Assembly (NCBI GenBank): GCA_965248055.1
Contig: CBDFIJ010000004.1
Coordinates: forward strand, 1,216,001-1,280,000
Origin: Candidatus Multivoradales bacterium
GTDB lineage: Bacteria; Acidobacteriota; Thermoanaerobaculia; Multivoradales; JAHEKO01
DNA length: 64,000 nucleotides
Direction: 5' to 3'
Shown here: in pieces, positions 41,359 through 50,816 of the stretch
How positions within the stretch are numbered: position 1 is the first letter of the stretch
Layout: the number at the start of each line of letters is the position of its first letter
Program-made: the position numbers and the translations under genes
Notes under the pieces: generated by a model
Seen by the model: the letters and a program-made list of their open reading frames with translations, nothing else
What the model was told of the DNA's origin: nothing
Databases searched by the model: none

Positions 41359-41403
41359 CTAGAAGCCAGCCACCTCCGTCGAACCGTGTTTACTACTAAC
41401 CAC
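41359..41403 (-). CDS. Putative 14-aa micro-ORF (MVSSKHGSTEVAGF) behind an extended SD
   Basis: AAAGGAGGTGATCCA immediately before GTG (AGGAGG spacer 7 nt); followed by a hairpin and terminator. Confidence 0.5.
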   Translation of the reverse strand: MVSSKHGSTEVAGF

Positions 41404-41642
41404 TGGATCACCTCCTTTTTCGAGCGTACTTAAGGTGCGGCAGGACCCAAACCCGCCCGGGACGAACAGCCGCTCCCAAACCGCCCGACCCGCCGCCCGG
41501 TTGACCAGGACACCAACGATGACCTGCCGACCGCTACGGAACTCGCCGCGATATTGACGCAATTGCCGCTGCTACGTCAATTTCAAGGGTCAAGGCTAGC
41601 CGCGATACAATTTAAGGTTCATGGATTCGGAGGAGGATTCTC

Positions 41643-42503
41643 ATGGCGAACTACAGAACCCCAGTTTTTGGTCGAGGGCAGCAGGTGCAGAGGCAACGCC
41701 GCGGTGGTTTTAACAAGGCTCGGCTACTTTTGGCCTTGGGGATCGCAGCCTTTTCTTTGCTGTCCTACTGCCGAACTCGTACCGAGAATCCGGTCACTGG
41801 CGAAACCCAATACGTAGATTTGTCCCCGGATCAAGAAATCGCCTTGGGACTCCAGGCAGCCCCAGAGATGGCCCAACAGCATGGCGGATTACATCCCGAT
41901 CGCGCGGCTCAGGACCAAGTCGACCTGGTGGGCGGTGAGATTGTAAGCAAGTCGATGGCAAGTCAAACGCCCTACAACTTTGAATTTCATCTCCTCGCCG
42001 ACCCCAACACGGTCAACGCCTTTGCTCTCCCAGGGGGCCAAGTGTTTATTACTGCAGCGCTCTACAACCGATTGGAATCAATTGGCCAACTGGCAGGAGT
42101 TCTAGGACATGAGGTCGCTCACGTGGTTGGGCGCCATGGTGCCGAGCACATGGCCAAAGCCAAGCTAACCCAAGGCCTGGCTGGCGCTGCGGTGCTGGCA
42201 ACCTCTGATCCTTCGCAGAGATCCGCTGGTATCGCGCAGATGATCGGCCGCATGATCAACATGAAATATGGGCGGGCAGATGAACTGGAGTCCGACAAGT
42301 TTGGGATTTGGTTCATGTCTGACGCCGGTTATGACCCCAGATCGATGGAGCGGGTGATGGAGATTTTGGCAGAGGCCTCCCAGGGGCCGCGGCCCGCCGA
42401 GTTCTTCTCCACCCACCCCAACCCAGAGCAACGGGTAGAGCAAATCCGGGCCGAGATTCAGCGTCGATTCCCCAGCGGGGTACCGTCGACTCTCAAGCCT
42501 TAG
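41643..42503 (+). CDS. M48 family zinc metalloprotease
   Basis: NAFALPGG, HEVAH, ELESD, STHP. Confidence 0.93.
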   Translation: MANYRTPVFGRGQQVQRQRRGGFNKARLLLALGIAAFSLLSYCRTRTENPVTGETQYVDLSPDQEIALGLQAAPEMAQQHGGLHPDRAAQDQVDLVGGEIVSKSMASQTPYNFEFHLLADPNTVNAFALPGGQVFITAALYNRLESIGQLAGVLGHEVAHVVGRHGAEHMAKAKLTQGLAGAAVLATSDPSQRSAGIAQMIGRMINMKYGRADELESDKFGIWFMSDAGYDPRSMERVMEILAEASQGPRPAEFFSTHPNPEQRVEQIRAEIQRRFPSGVPSTLKP

Positions 42504-42550
42504 CGGTTGGTTAGATCGCTTTTCTCTGGGGTCTGGATGGACACTGGGGA

Positions 42551-43264
42551 TCAACCTATGAGTAGCTGCATCGCTCCCCACCAGATCGGCCAAAATACGG
42601 TGCCGATCAACTGCCACGCGACCACTAGGCCGACTAGTCTGAGCATCGGGTTGCGCATCCAGTCGCGGTAGGCGTCGGTCCACTTGTTGGGGAGAAACAG
42701 CGGTAGAACCGCGTGGCCATCCAAGGGTGGCACGGGAAACAGGTTAAACACCCCGAGCAGTAAGTTGAGAGAAAACAGGATCGACAGCAAGGCGGCGACC
42801 GCTTGCATCGCTCCACCACTGGTTGCCACCACCACCGCGTCGAAACCGGTGCCGGCTGGGCTCAGCCAACCGAGGGCAATCCCAATCCGGATGATCACAC
42901 CGGCGATCGCCGCCACAAGGAAATTGGCAGCAGGCCCGGCAGCTGCCATCCATGCAGAGCGTTTCGGGTAACGCGCCGCCCACTGCGGGTTGTAGGGTGC
43001 ACTGGCCCAACCCATCGCCCAGCCCATCAAGAGATATGACGCCACCGGCACCACCACGGTGCCAAAGGGTTCTCGTCGAATATGCGGAATTGGATTGAGG
43101 GTAACTTGGCCACCTAGGTAAGCGGTGGGATCGCCCAGTTTCCACGCTGACCAGGCATGGGCAGCTTCATGAACCGTAAGCGAGAGCAAGAAAGCTAGAT
43201 ACCAGATCAGTCCCAGGGCGAGGAATTGGCCGTTGAGGATTTCCATGCGCGGAAGGATACTCAA
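42551..43264 (-). CDS. Site-2 protease (M50 family)
   Basis: HEAAH, AAAGP, FNLFPVPPLDG. Confidence 0.93.
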   Translation of the reverse strand: MSILPRMEILNGQFLALGLIWYLAFLLSLTVHEAAHAWSAWKLGDPTAYLGGQVTLNPIPHIRREPFGTVVVPVASYLLMGWAMGWASAPYNPQWAARYPKRSAWMAAAGPAANFLVAAIAGVIIRIGIALGWLSPAGTGFDAVVVATSGGAMQAVAALLSILFSLNLLLGVFNLFPVPPLDGHAVLPLFLPNKWTDAYRDWMRNPMLRLVGLVVAWQLIGTVFWPIWWGAMQLLIG

Positions 43265-43375
43265 TTGTTGACCAATCTGGACTGTCGCAGTGAATCTTCA
43301 AGTGGATTGTGGCGACACGTCGCCGGCCCGAATCATCCGTTTGGTCGATTGACTGGCCTTTGGACTGGGCTCTAG

Positions 43376-43514
43376 GAGCCTGCTGAAAAACGATTTTGAG
43401 GGTGCCGGAAAACCTGAGATGGCTCGTTCAGAAGACCAAAACAAAGGACTTACGCCGACGGTCGTGCAAGATTGATCCTCAAACCGCCAAATCTGCGACT
43501 TTTTCAGCAGGCTG
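43376..43514. mobile_element. MITE / non-autonomous IS derivative (139 bp)
   Basis: Terminal inverted repeats (G/C)AGCCTGCTGAAAAA match 14/15; CTAG on both flanks (43372-75, 43515-18); no ORF inside. Confidence 0.75.
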
Positions 43515-43544
43515 CTAGAGGCTGAGGTTTTCGGTGTGAAGTCT

Positions 43545-43580
43545 TGGGTCTAGAGTTCTGGGTCTAGAGTTCTGGGTCTG
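43545..43580. repeat. 14-bp tandem repeat TGGGTCTAGAGTTC (x2 plus partial)
   Basis: tgggtctagagttc tgggtctagagttc tgggtctg. Confidence 0.7.
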
Positions 43581-43706
43581 GGCTCTCGGTCTCCTTCTTA
43601 GGTCTGGGCCTCTAGATGTGAGCCGCGAGTCGACCCTCTGCTCGACCGAGGCCTAAGAAGGCCGATCCATTCGGTTTTCGCAACACCATCCTTGACCTGA
43701 GTACTC

Positions 43707-43743
43707 TTGACATAAGTGATATCACTCCAATATCATATCGATA
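43707..43743 (+). promoter_or_regulatory. Promoter with palindrome AGTGATATCACT (probable Arc/RHH operator)
   Basis: TTGACA followed by a perfect 12-bp palindrome (43715-43726) and repeated ATATC, upstream of the SPFH-RHH pair. Confidence 0.6.
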
Positions 43744-43775
43744 TACAAACTTCCCCGAAGGGAAAGGAGAAATCC

Positions 43776-44645
43776 ATGATGCAAGAAAAGAAAAAGCAAG
43801 CAATGCCGGGGTTCTTTATGGTTGCCATCCTGATCGCGGCTGCTGCTGCCCTGGCGTGGCCGTTTGTCAGCGCCCCGTTCGCCCGCTCGCCGATGGCGAT
43901 TGCCACCGGAGTGCTGATCGGCTGCGTGATCCTGCTCTTCACCGCGGGGTTTTTCACCGTCCATCCCAACCGGCCTCAACTGCTGCAACTGTTTGGCTCC
44001 TATCGAGGTACCGCCCACGAGCCGGGATTGCGCTGGGCAAATCCGCTATTGACCAAACGAAAGGTGTCGGTCAGAACCCGCAACTTCGAGACCGGCAAGC
44101 TCAAGGTCAACGACCTCAACGGCAATCCGATCGAGACTGCAGCGGTGGTGGTTTGGCGCGTGGTGGACACTGCCGAAGCGATTTTCAACGTCGACGATTA
44201 CCGCGACTTCGTCCACGTCCAGAGTGAAGCCGCGTTGCGTAATATGGCGACTGGTTACCCCTACGACGCCCACGAAGGGGAAGAGATTTCGCTGACCGGC
44301 AATACCGCCGAAATCTCAGAGCAGCTACGCAGAGAGGTTCAAGAACGACTGACGAAAGCCGGCATCGACGTCCTCGAAGCGCGCATCAGCCACCTCGCTT
44401 ATGCTCCGGAAATCGCCGCGGCGATGTTGCAACGCCAACAGGCTTCCGCGGTGGTGGCGGCAAGACAGAAGATCGTCGAGGGCGCAGTGGGTATGGTCGA
44501 GAGCGCACTCGAGTTGCTTTCCGAAAAGAGTATCCTTGAACTCGACGAAGAACGAAAGGCGGCGATGGTTTCGAACTTGCTAGTCGTTTTGTGCAGCGAT
44601 CGGCATACTCAGCCGGTGGTGAATACCGGAACATTGCACAACTAG
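43776..44645 (+). CDS. SPFH (band 7) domain membrane protein
   Basis: Two TMs, [41 protein letters not shown]. Confidence 0.92.
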   Translation: MMQEKKKQAMPGFFMVAILIAAAAALAWPFVSAPFARSPMAIATGVLIGCVILLFTAGFFTVHPNRPQLLQLFGSYRGTAHEPGLRWANPLLTKRKVSVRTRNFETGKLKVNDLNGNPIETAAVVVWRVVDTAEAIFNVDDYRDFVHVQSEAALRNMATGYPYDAHEGEEISLTGNTAEISEQLRREVQERLTKAGIDVLEARISHLAYAPEIAAAMLQRQQASAVVAARQKIVEGAVGMVESALELLSEKSILELDEERKAAMVSNLLVVLCSDRHTQPVVNTGTLHN

Positions 44646-44677
44646 AACCACGTACAAATAGTTGATCGTCAACCGTC

Positions 44678-44890
44678 ATGGCCGCTCGCAAAGCATTCCC
44701 TCTTCGCATCAACCCTCGTTTGTACGAGGCTCTGCGTCGATGGTCGGATGACGAGCTGCGCAGCGTCAACGGCCAAATTGAGTATTTGCTGTTGGAGGCG
44801 GCCAAGCGCGCCGGCCGCTGGAAACCCCCAACCGACCAGACCCTCGAACCGGGACAAAAGCCGAACGCGGGTGGAGATTCTGCCGACTGA
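44678..44890 (+). CDS. Arc-like ribbon-helix-helix DNA-binding protein
   Basis: RKAFPLRI...[15 protein letters not shown]. Confidence 0.88.
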   Translation: MAARKAFPLRINPRLYEALRRWSDDELRSVNGQIEYLLLEAAKRAGRWKPPTDQTLEPGQKPNAGGDSAD

Positions 44891-44923
44891 TAGCAGCTAC
44901 TATCTATTCCAGAGGCAATTGTC

Positions 44924-45745
44924 ATGAGTGATCTTAGCCAGTGGTTTCTTGTTCAGCACCCGATCTTCCAGGCGTTCTTGGCGACGCTATTCACCTGGGG
45001 AGTAACCGCCCTGGGCGCCTCCTTGGTGTTCTTCTTCCGCACCGTCAACCGCAAGGTGCTCGACGGCATGCTGGGTTTTGCCGCTGGAGTGATGATCGCC
45101 GCCAGTTTTTGGTCTTTACTGGCGCCCGCCATTGAGATGTCCGAGAGCATGGGCCTCAGCTCCTGGCGCCCCGCCACCATCGGCTTCTTGCTGGGCGGGG
45201 TATTTTTGTGGTCGCTGGACAAGATACTCCCGCATCTCCATCTGGGCTTTCCTATTGAGGAAGCGGAAGGGATTCCCACTCGCTGGCGCCGTGCTGTGCT
45301 GTTGGTCTCCGCCATCACCCTGCACAACATTCCCGAGGGCCTGGCGGTCGGCGTGGCCTTCGGCGCCGTGGCCGCAGATCTCCCAGCCGCCACCATGGCT
45401 GGAGCCATCGCCCTGGCGATCGGCATCGGTATTCAAAATTTCCCCGAGGGGGCTGCAGTGTCAGTGCCTTTGCGTCGCGAGGGCATGTCGCGACGCAAGT
45501 CCTTTTGGTACGGGCAGCTTTCAGGGATGGTGGAACCAATTGCTGGGGTACTAGGCGCGGCGCTGGTTCTGGCGATGCGTCCGATCCTTCCCTACGCCTT
45601 GGCTTTCGCAGCGGGAGCGATGATCTATGTGGTGGTCGAAGAGCTGATCCCTGAATCGCAGTTGGAGAAGAACACAGACTTGGCGACGATCGGAGCAATG
45701 CTCGGATTCGCGGTCATGATGACTCTGGACGTGGCGTTGGGTTGA
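44924..45745 (+). CDS. ZIP family metal transporter (ZupT/GufA)
   Basis: [35 protein letters not shown]. Confidence 0.95.
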   Translation: MSDLSQWFLVQHPIFQAFLATLFTWGVTALGASLVFFFRTVNRKVLDGMLGFAAGVMIAASFWSLLAPAIEMSESMGLSSWRPATIGFLLGGVFLWSLDKILPHLHLGFPIEEAEGIPTRWRRAVLLVSAITLHNIPEGLAVGVAFGAVAADLPAATMAGAIALAIGIGIQNFPEGAAVSVPLRREGMSRRKSFWYGQLSGMVEPIAGVLGAALVLAMRPILPYALAFAAGAMIYVVVEELIPESQLEKNTDLATIGAMLGFAVMMTLDVALG

Positions 45746-45747
45746 TC

Positions 45748-46494
45748 ATGGAATCGCTACGACAATTTCGAACCCTGTCCTTCGACTGCTACGGCACTCT
45801 GATCGACTGGGAGAGCGGGATCTGGTCCCAGTTGCAGCCGTGGTTAACAACAGTCGCACCGCGTCACCAGGCAGTCTCGCAATACGACCGAGAGTCCATC
45901 TTGGCGCAGTTCGGCGCCTTAGAATCCGCCGTCGAAGACAAATCCCCGGATGCCCTCTACCCACAGATCTTGACCGAAGTTCATCATCAGCTCGCCGACC
46001 GGCTGGAGATCGAACGAGACTCCGACGCCGCGCAGAAGTTTGCCGCCTCGGTGGGTGAGTGGCCGCCGTTTACCGATACCGCCAAGGCGCTCAAGCGGCT
46101 CTCCAGGCGGTATCGCTTGGTGATTCTTTCCAACATCGACCGCAATAGCTTCTCCCACTCTGCGCTCCAGATCGGCGTTGAATTCGATGCGGTTCACACC
46201 GCACAAGACATTGGCAGCTACAAGCCCGACCACAGGAACTTTGAATACTTGTTGCGTCGCGAAACTGAACTAGGGATTTTCCCTGAGCAGATCCTGCACG
46301 TGGCCCAGAGCCTCTACCATGACCACGTTCCCGCCCAAGCTTCCGGTTTGGCTACCTGCTGGATCGATCGTCGTGATGGTCAAATCGGCGGCGCGACGCC
46401 AACCCCCGAGCAACCGGTGCAGCCGCATTGGCGATTTTCCAGCATGAGCGATTTTGCCGCAGCAGTGGACAATGCATTCGACCTCCAGTCCTGA
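45748..46494 (+). CDS. HAD hydrolase, 2-haloacid dehalogenase type II-like
   Basis: SFDCYGTLIDWE, LSNID, SYKP, HVAQSLYHDH. Confidence 0.9.
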   Translation: MESLRQFRTLSFDCYGTLIDWESGIWSQLQPWLTTVAPRHQAVSQYDRESILAQFGALESAVEDKSPDALYPQILTEVHHQLADRLEIERDSDAAQKFAASVGEWPPFTDTAKALKRLSRRYRLVILSNIDRNSFSHSALQIGVEFDAVHTAQDIGSYKPDHRNFEYLLRRETELGIFPEQILHVAQSLYHDHVPAQASGLATCWIDRRDGQIGGATPTPEQPVQPHWRFSSMSDFAAAVDNAFDLQS

Positions 46495-47101
46495 GCTTCC
46501 CGAGCTCAAGGCCGGCATCTTGATCGGCGGCCAGAGCAACCGCATGGGGCAGCCCAAACAGTTGCTTGAACTAGATGGAAGACCGCTGCTGGACTACGCG
46601 GTTCAGTCTCTTTGCCTATTCAAGGAGATTGCCTTGATCGGTCCGGGGCCAGTCCCCGAACAGCACAGCGCACTACGACCCATCGCCGACGCCGAGGGTT
46701 TTCGAGGGCCTTTGGCGGGAATCGGCGGCGCGTTGCAATCGCAGCCACTGTGTTCATGGTTGATAGTCGCCTGCGATCAGCCTTGGCTGTCTGAAGGCGC
46801 GATCGAATGGCTATTGCGACAAAGACGGCCCGGCGCGATCGCGGTCATTCCTCACAGCGCCTCTAGACCGCAACCATTTCCAGGGATCTATGAAGCCTGT
46901 TTCCTAGAAGTACTGACTAATGAATCATCAGCTCGAACTAGGCTCGCGGATCAAGGGCTTGGAATTTCCAGTTTTTCTGAACTACCCACTGTTCACTCGC
47001 CGACACTGCCGGACTCAGTGGTTGGTGCCTGGGGCAGCGTCAATACGCCCGACGATTTGCGCGACGCCTCCGTCGCGAAGACCCAGTTCTCGTTCACCTA
47101 G
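46472..47101 (+). CDS. mobA: Molybdenum cofactor guanylyltransferase
   Basis: ILIGGQSNRMGQPK, GPLAGI, VACDQP, VNTPDD. Confidence 0.85.
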   Translation: MHSTSSPELPELKAGILIGGQSNRMGQPKQLLELDGRPLLDYAVQSLCLFKEIALIGPGPVPEQHSALRPIADAEGFRGPLAGIGGALQSQPLCSWLIVACDQPWLSEGAIEWLLRQRRPGAIAVIPHSASRPQPFPGIYEACFLEVLTNESSARTRLADQGLGISSFSELPTVHSPTLPDSVVGAWGSVNTPDDLRDASVAKTQFSFT

Positions 47102-48522
47102 TCCGCAACGATCACCTCAGGACCCAATTTTTCGCGCAACCGATCATTGATCCATTTGCCATCCCACCACTCGGTCGGATTGACTTGTTCTCCGCCCACC
47201 AAAACCGTGTAGTGCAGGTGGTCGCCGCCCGCTAGACCGGTGGCTCCAGTACGACCCACAACATCTCCTCGCTCGATCTCTTGGCCTTGTTCAACATCGA
47301 TCGACGAGAGATGCGCATAGAGAGTCATCAGGCCGAAACCATGGTCAACCACCACCGTGTTGCCGTAGATACCGAAATACTCGGCCATAGCCACCACTCC
47401 GCGGTTGGCTGAGGGAACCGGCGCGCGACGCACCGAGGCCAGGTCGTAGCCAAGATGAGTCTGCTGATCGACCGCTTGGCCGTCGTAAACGTAGGTTCGG
47501 CGGTCGGCGAAACTCGACATCACCTGCCCGTTGGGCAGAGGCAAGAAAGCGCCGCGCCACAGGAACTCAGCACGACTGAAATCCGCGAGATCGCGCAATG
47601 TCTGGGTGTTTTTCTGCCGCAGACCGCCGTTGATCGCCAGATAGTTTTCTAACAGCCCTCCGTGGTCTTCCAACTCCGGGGTCGCGGTCATAATCTCGGG
47701 CACCACCTTTTCCAAGAACGAGTCTGGCAGTTCAATGGTGTCGGTGGTCGGAGGGCTGGCCATCAAACGATCGACGAAGGTGCGGCGACTGGTCATGCCC
47801 GCGTCGTTCTCGGCCACCAACTGAACGTCATTGGGTTGGTCGACATCGTAGGGAACGGCAAACAAAGAAAACCACTCTCCATCTCGACCGGGAACCGGAT
47901 GGCCAGGGAAGAACACTTCACCCACCTCGACACCGCTGCGCTCAGCGTGTTCCCCCACCCGATAAACCACCGCTTCGGCTCCACCTTGTCGCGGATAGTG
48001 ATGGCTGGAAGCAACCGAGATTCTCGGTGCGGACCGGCGCACCGGAAAGGACACGGTAATCACTTGCGGAGCGGGTCGCCGAAGCCAGGTCGGCGCAGGC
48101 CAAGCCGACACTTCGACCGTGATTTCCTCTCCGCTCCAACCCTCCAACTGCTCGTGGGTAACCGGAAACGAGAGTTGGTCCTCTGCGGTTCCAGAACTCC
48201 AGAACTTCCACGACGGAGCCGGATCATACTGCTGGTCGCCGAGGTCCAATTGACGCTCCCCTTGGGTTAAACGGGTGGCGACACGATAGAGACCTCGCTT
48301 GGCGGAGGTGGCGGTGACTTGCACCTGGTTGTCGCCACCAAACGCCGGACGCTGGCTGTTGACCACAATCTCAGGTGCATCACCAGTTCGTAAACTAGCC
48401 CAAACCGTGAACACCAGGGCCACCAGCAAGACAAGCCACAGCCAAATGCGATGGTGTTTCGGTGAAGCTCCGTACTGCGGATGCGGATAGCCCGACCGTG
48501 GTTCTTTGTTTCTGTTAAACAT
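47098..48522 (-). CDS. M23 family metallopeptidase
   Basis: N-terminal TM; HLGYDLA, YGNTVVVDHG, YAHLS, GDHLHY. Confidence 0.93.
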   Translation of the reverse strand: MFNRNKEPRSGYPHPQYGASPKHHRIWLWLVLLVALVFTVWASLRTGDAPEIVVNSQRPAFGGDNQVQVTATSAKRGLYRVATRLTQGERQLDLGDQQYDPAPSWKFWSSGTAEDQLSFPVTHEQLEGWSGEEITVEVSAWPAPTWLRRPAPQVITVSFPVRRSAPRISVASSHHYPRQGGAEAVVYRVGEHAERSGVEVGEVFFPGHPVPGRDGEWFSLFAVPYDVDQPNDVQLVAENDAGMTSRRTFVDRLMASPPTTDTIELPDSFLEKVVPEIMTATPELEDHGGLLENYLAINGGLRQKNTQTLRDLADFSRAEFLWRGAFLPLPNGQVMSSFADRRTYVYDGQAVDQQTHLGYDLASVRRAPVPSANRGVVAMAEYFGIYGNTVVVDHGFGLMTLYAHLSSIDVEQGQEIERGDVVGRTGATGLAGGDHLHYTVLVGGEQVNPTEWWDGKWINDRLREKLGPEVIVAD

Positions 48523-48906
48523 GTCCTTCCCTCTCAAAAAGCATATTGGCCTACGGTGCCCTGGTCGATTGCCGACCTGACCCTGTTCTCCATCTGCAAC
48601 TGCATTGCCAATGCGGCCACTCAAACTAACAGCCAAACTAGTAGCCAAATTGGCAGCTAACCCGCTCAGGCCCATCGAGCGCCCACGCGGAGCGCGGTTC
48701 TCACAGACCGACTACCCTAACCCAAGTCAGCAACAGTTCGTAGACGCAAGGGGCACAGGAAACGGGCAGACCCCATCCGGCCCCGCGCCAAGCCAAATGA
48801 AACGTGCCAAACTAGTCGAACCCGACATGGGGTCGGGCGACAACCGAAGGCGCTGAAACGTTGCAGAGGGGCTCCTCTGCTACAACCAAACCCTTCTCGG
48901 GGCAAC

Positions 48907-49959
48907 ATGGCACTGTTTCGCAAGCCGACGCTCACCAGCTTGGCAAAGACCTGCGGCTGAGCGGCTAAGTTGAGTCCGGTCGGACTCTCTGGCCTGCTCG
49001 AAACGCTTCCCGCGGTCTTGGACGAGAACCTGCTGGTGGGCGTTGAAACGCTGGACGACGCGGCGATCTATCGCTTGGATGACCAGACCGCGATCGTCGT
49101 CACCGCCGACGTGATTACTCCGCCGGTGGACGACCCTTTTGTGTTTGGACAAATCGGTGCGGCAAATGCTCTGTCCGATATCTACGCCATGGGAGCCCGC
49201 CCCTTGGTAGCACTGAATCTGATCGGTTTCCCCGACGACAAACTTCCCCCAGAGACATTGCACGCCATCGTCGCCGGAGCCAATGAACGGGTGATGGCGG
49301 CCGGGGCGGTGCTTGGTGGTGGCCACACAATGCGCGACGACGAACCCAAATTCGGCCTAGCGGTAACCGGTCAAGTACACCCGAATCAATACTGGGCGAA
49401 CGCCGGTGCGCAACCCGGCGACGCTTTGATCCTGACCAAACCGATCGGCAGCGGGGTGCTATTCAACGCCATTCGTGCCAACAAGCTTCACCCCGACGAC
49501 CTGGCGCCAGTGATCGATATCTTGATTGAACTCAACCGCCGAGCGGCAGAGGTTTTTCGCCGTTTCTCGGTGCATGCAGCGACCGACGTCACCGGCTTTG
49601 GCGTCGTCGGACACGCCACCGAGATGGCTGCCGCCTCAGCCGTCACCATGCATTTAGATTTCGACCAGATTCCAGTCTATCCAAGAGCTTTGGAGATGTA
49701 CCTTGGAGGTATCACAACCGCCTCCAATCTAGCCAACGATTCGATGACGCGCTCGTCAACCCGCATCGACGTGACCCTGAGACCGGAGCAAAAGGAACTT
49801 CTCTACGACCCACAGACCAGTGGCGGCTTGCTGGTCGCGGTACCCGCAGAGCAGTCTGCCGCAGTGCTGAGCGCACTAGCCGACAACGATGTCGATCTTG
49901 CGGCCGTGGTCGGCGAAGTTGGGCCGCACCAAGAGTCGATTTCCGTCGTCGTGCGGTAG
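48907..49959 (+). CDS. selD: Selenophosphate synthetase, selenocysteine-containing
   Basis: ATG 48907 MALFRKPTLTSLAKTCG-TGA(48958-60)-AAKLSP is in frame with the track ORF; DDAAIY, ANALSDIYAMG, GGHT, LTKPIG, DVTGFG, DPQTSGGLL. Confidence 0.95.
48972..48987 (+). promoter_or_regulatory. Putative SECIS hairpin of selD
   Basis: GAGUCC-GGUC-GGACUC beginning 11 nt after the UGA. Confidence 0.75.
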
Positions 49960-50007
49960 CGAACCGTCCAAAAATTTTCAACACCGTCCCTCACCCGTTG
50001 CCTCCAG

Positions 50008-50808
50008 CTACAGCAAGCCGGGGAAAATCGCTCTGCGTTGACGCGGATAGTCTGCAAATTTTTCTTGATACCACCGGTGATGCGCGAGCGAGCGCGGCAC
50101 CAAGTTGGCGAAGGTCCAAACTGCAAACGCGGCCCCGGCCAGGGACCATCCGGTGATCGCCCAACCGATCCACTCGATTACCTCGCCCAGGTAGTTGGGG
50201 CAACTCACGAGGCGGTACAAAAACCCGCGCGGGATTTGGTACCCGCGGGCACCGGACTCTCTCCGGCGCTGCCCACTGAGGTGGCGCAAGATCGCGTCTG
50301 ATCGATGGTTGATCCAAGCTCCGCAAACCGCCACCGCAATCCCTATCCACAACCTCGGGTCTGTCCACCACGACTCTGGATAGCCACCCCATGGTGCAAC
50401 CAACCGACTGGCGATCAACCATCCGCTGACCAACTGAAAAGTAAACGCCATGGTCATGATGGTCACCGGGATTGGCTTGGCGTTGCTGCTCAGGCGAAAC
50501 GGATAGACCAAGATTCGGTAGCCGTAGTGCAGAAACCACATCGTCGCGATGGCGATGGCTGGCCCTTGTAAGCGGCCGGCGACGAGAAATCCCACCCACC
50601 ACAGCGCGGGCGACTCCATCATCACCCACGCCCAGCGTGCCGGTACTGCTGGACCCCAACCGGAGCGCAGGTGGCGGCCAAACGGTGCCGTGACCCAAAA
50701 GAGGGCGACAAAGGCCACCAGCGCAAGGCCAATCCAACTCCAGGCCACCGCTTGGTAGTTCGACTCCGACAACAATAGAGCGGTTCTGAACGTCGAGGCG
50801 CTAGTCAC
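50008..50808 (-). CDS. 3-oxo-5-alpha-steroid 4-dehydrogenase-like (steroid 5-alpha reductase family)
   Basis: APFGRH, WVMMESP, YQIPRG.LY..VSCPNYLGE..EW.G, NLVPR..HHRWY. Confidence 0.88.
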   Translation of the reverse strand: MTSASTFRTALLLSESNYQAVAWSWIGLALVAFVALFWVTAPFGRHLRSGWGPAVPARWAWVMMESPALWWVGFLVAGRLQGPAIAIATMWFLHYGYRILVYPFRLSSNAKPIPVTIMTMAFTFQLVSGWLIASRLVAPWGGYPESWWTDPRLWIGIAVAVCGAWINHRSDAILRHLSGQRRRESGARGYQIPRGFLYRLVSCPNYLGEVIEWIGWAITGWSLAGAAFAVWTFANLVPRSLAHHRWYQEKFADYPRQRRAIFPGLL

Positions 50809-50816
50809 GAGGACCC

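Noticed and set aside
41404-41418. TGGATCACCTCCTTT as a 16S rRNA 3' end or fragment
   Set aside because: No upstream helix 44/45 sequence (e.g. AAGTCGTAACAAGG) is present; it is better explained as an extended SD on the minus strand.
41249-41545. tmRNA or 6S RNA identity for the small structured unit
   Set aside because: No tRNA-like GGGG..CCA ends or AA-ending tag, and a canonical SD+ORF is not a 6S feature; an Rfam search is needed to exclude these fully.
48523-48906. tRNA-Sec or riboswitch upstream of selD
   Set aside because: Only short hairpins and degenerate AGCCAAA repeats; no cloverleaf or recognisable aptamer.
49991-50737. 248-aa alternative-frame ORF overlapping the steroid reductase gene
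   Set aside because: No motifs and Arg/Pro-rich; a shadow ORF typical of high GC, like most other overlapping track ORFs.
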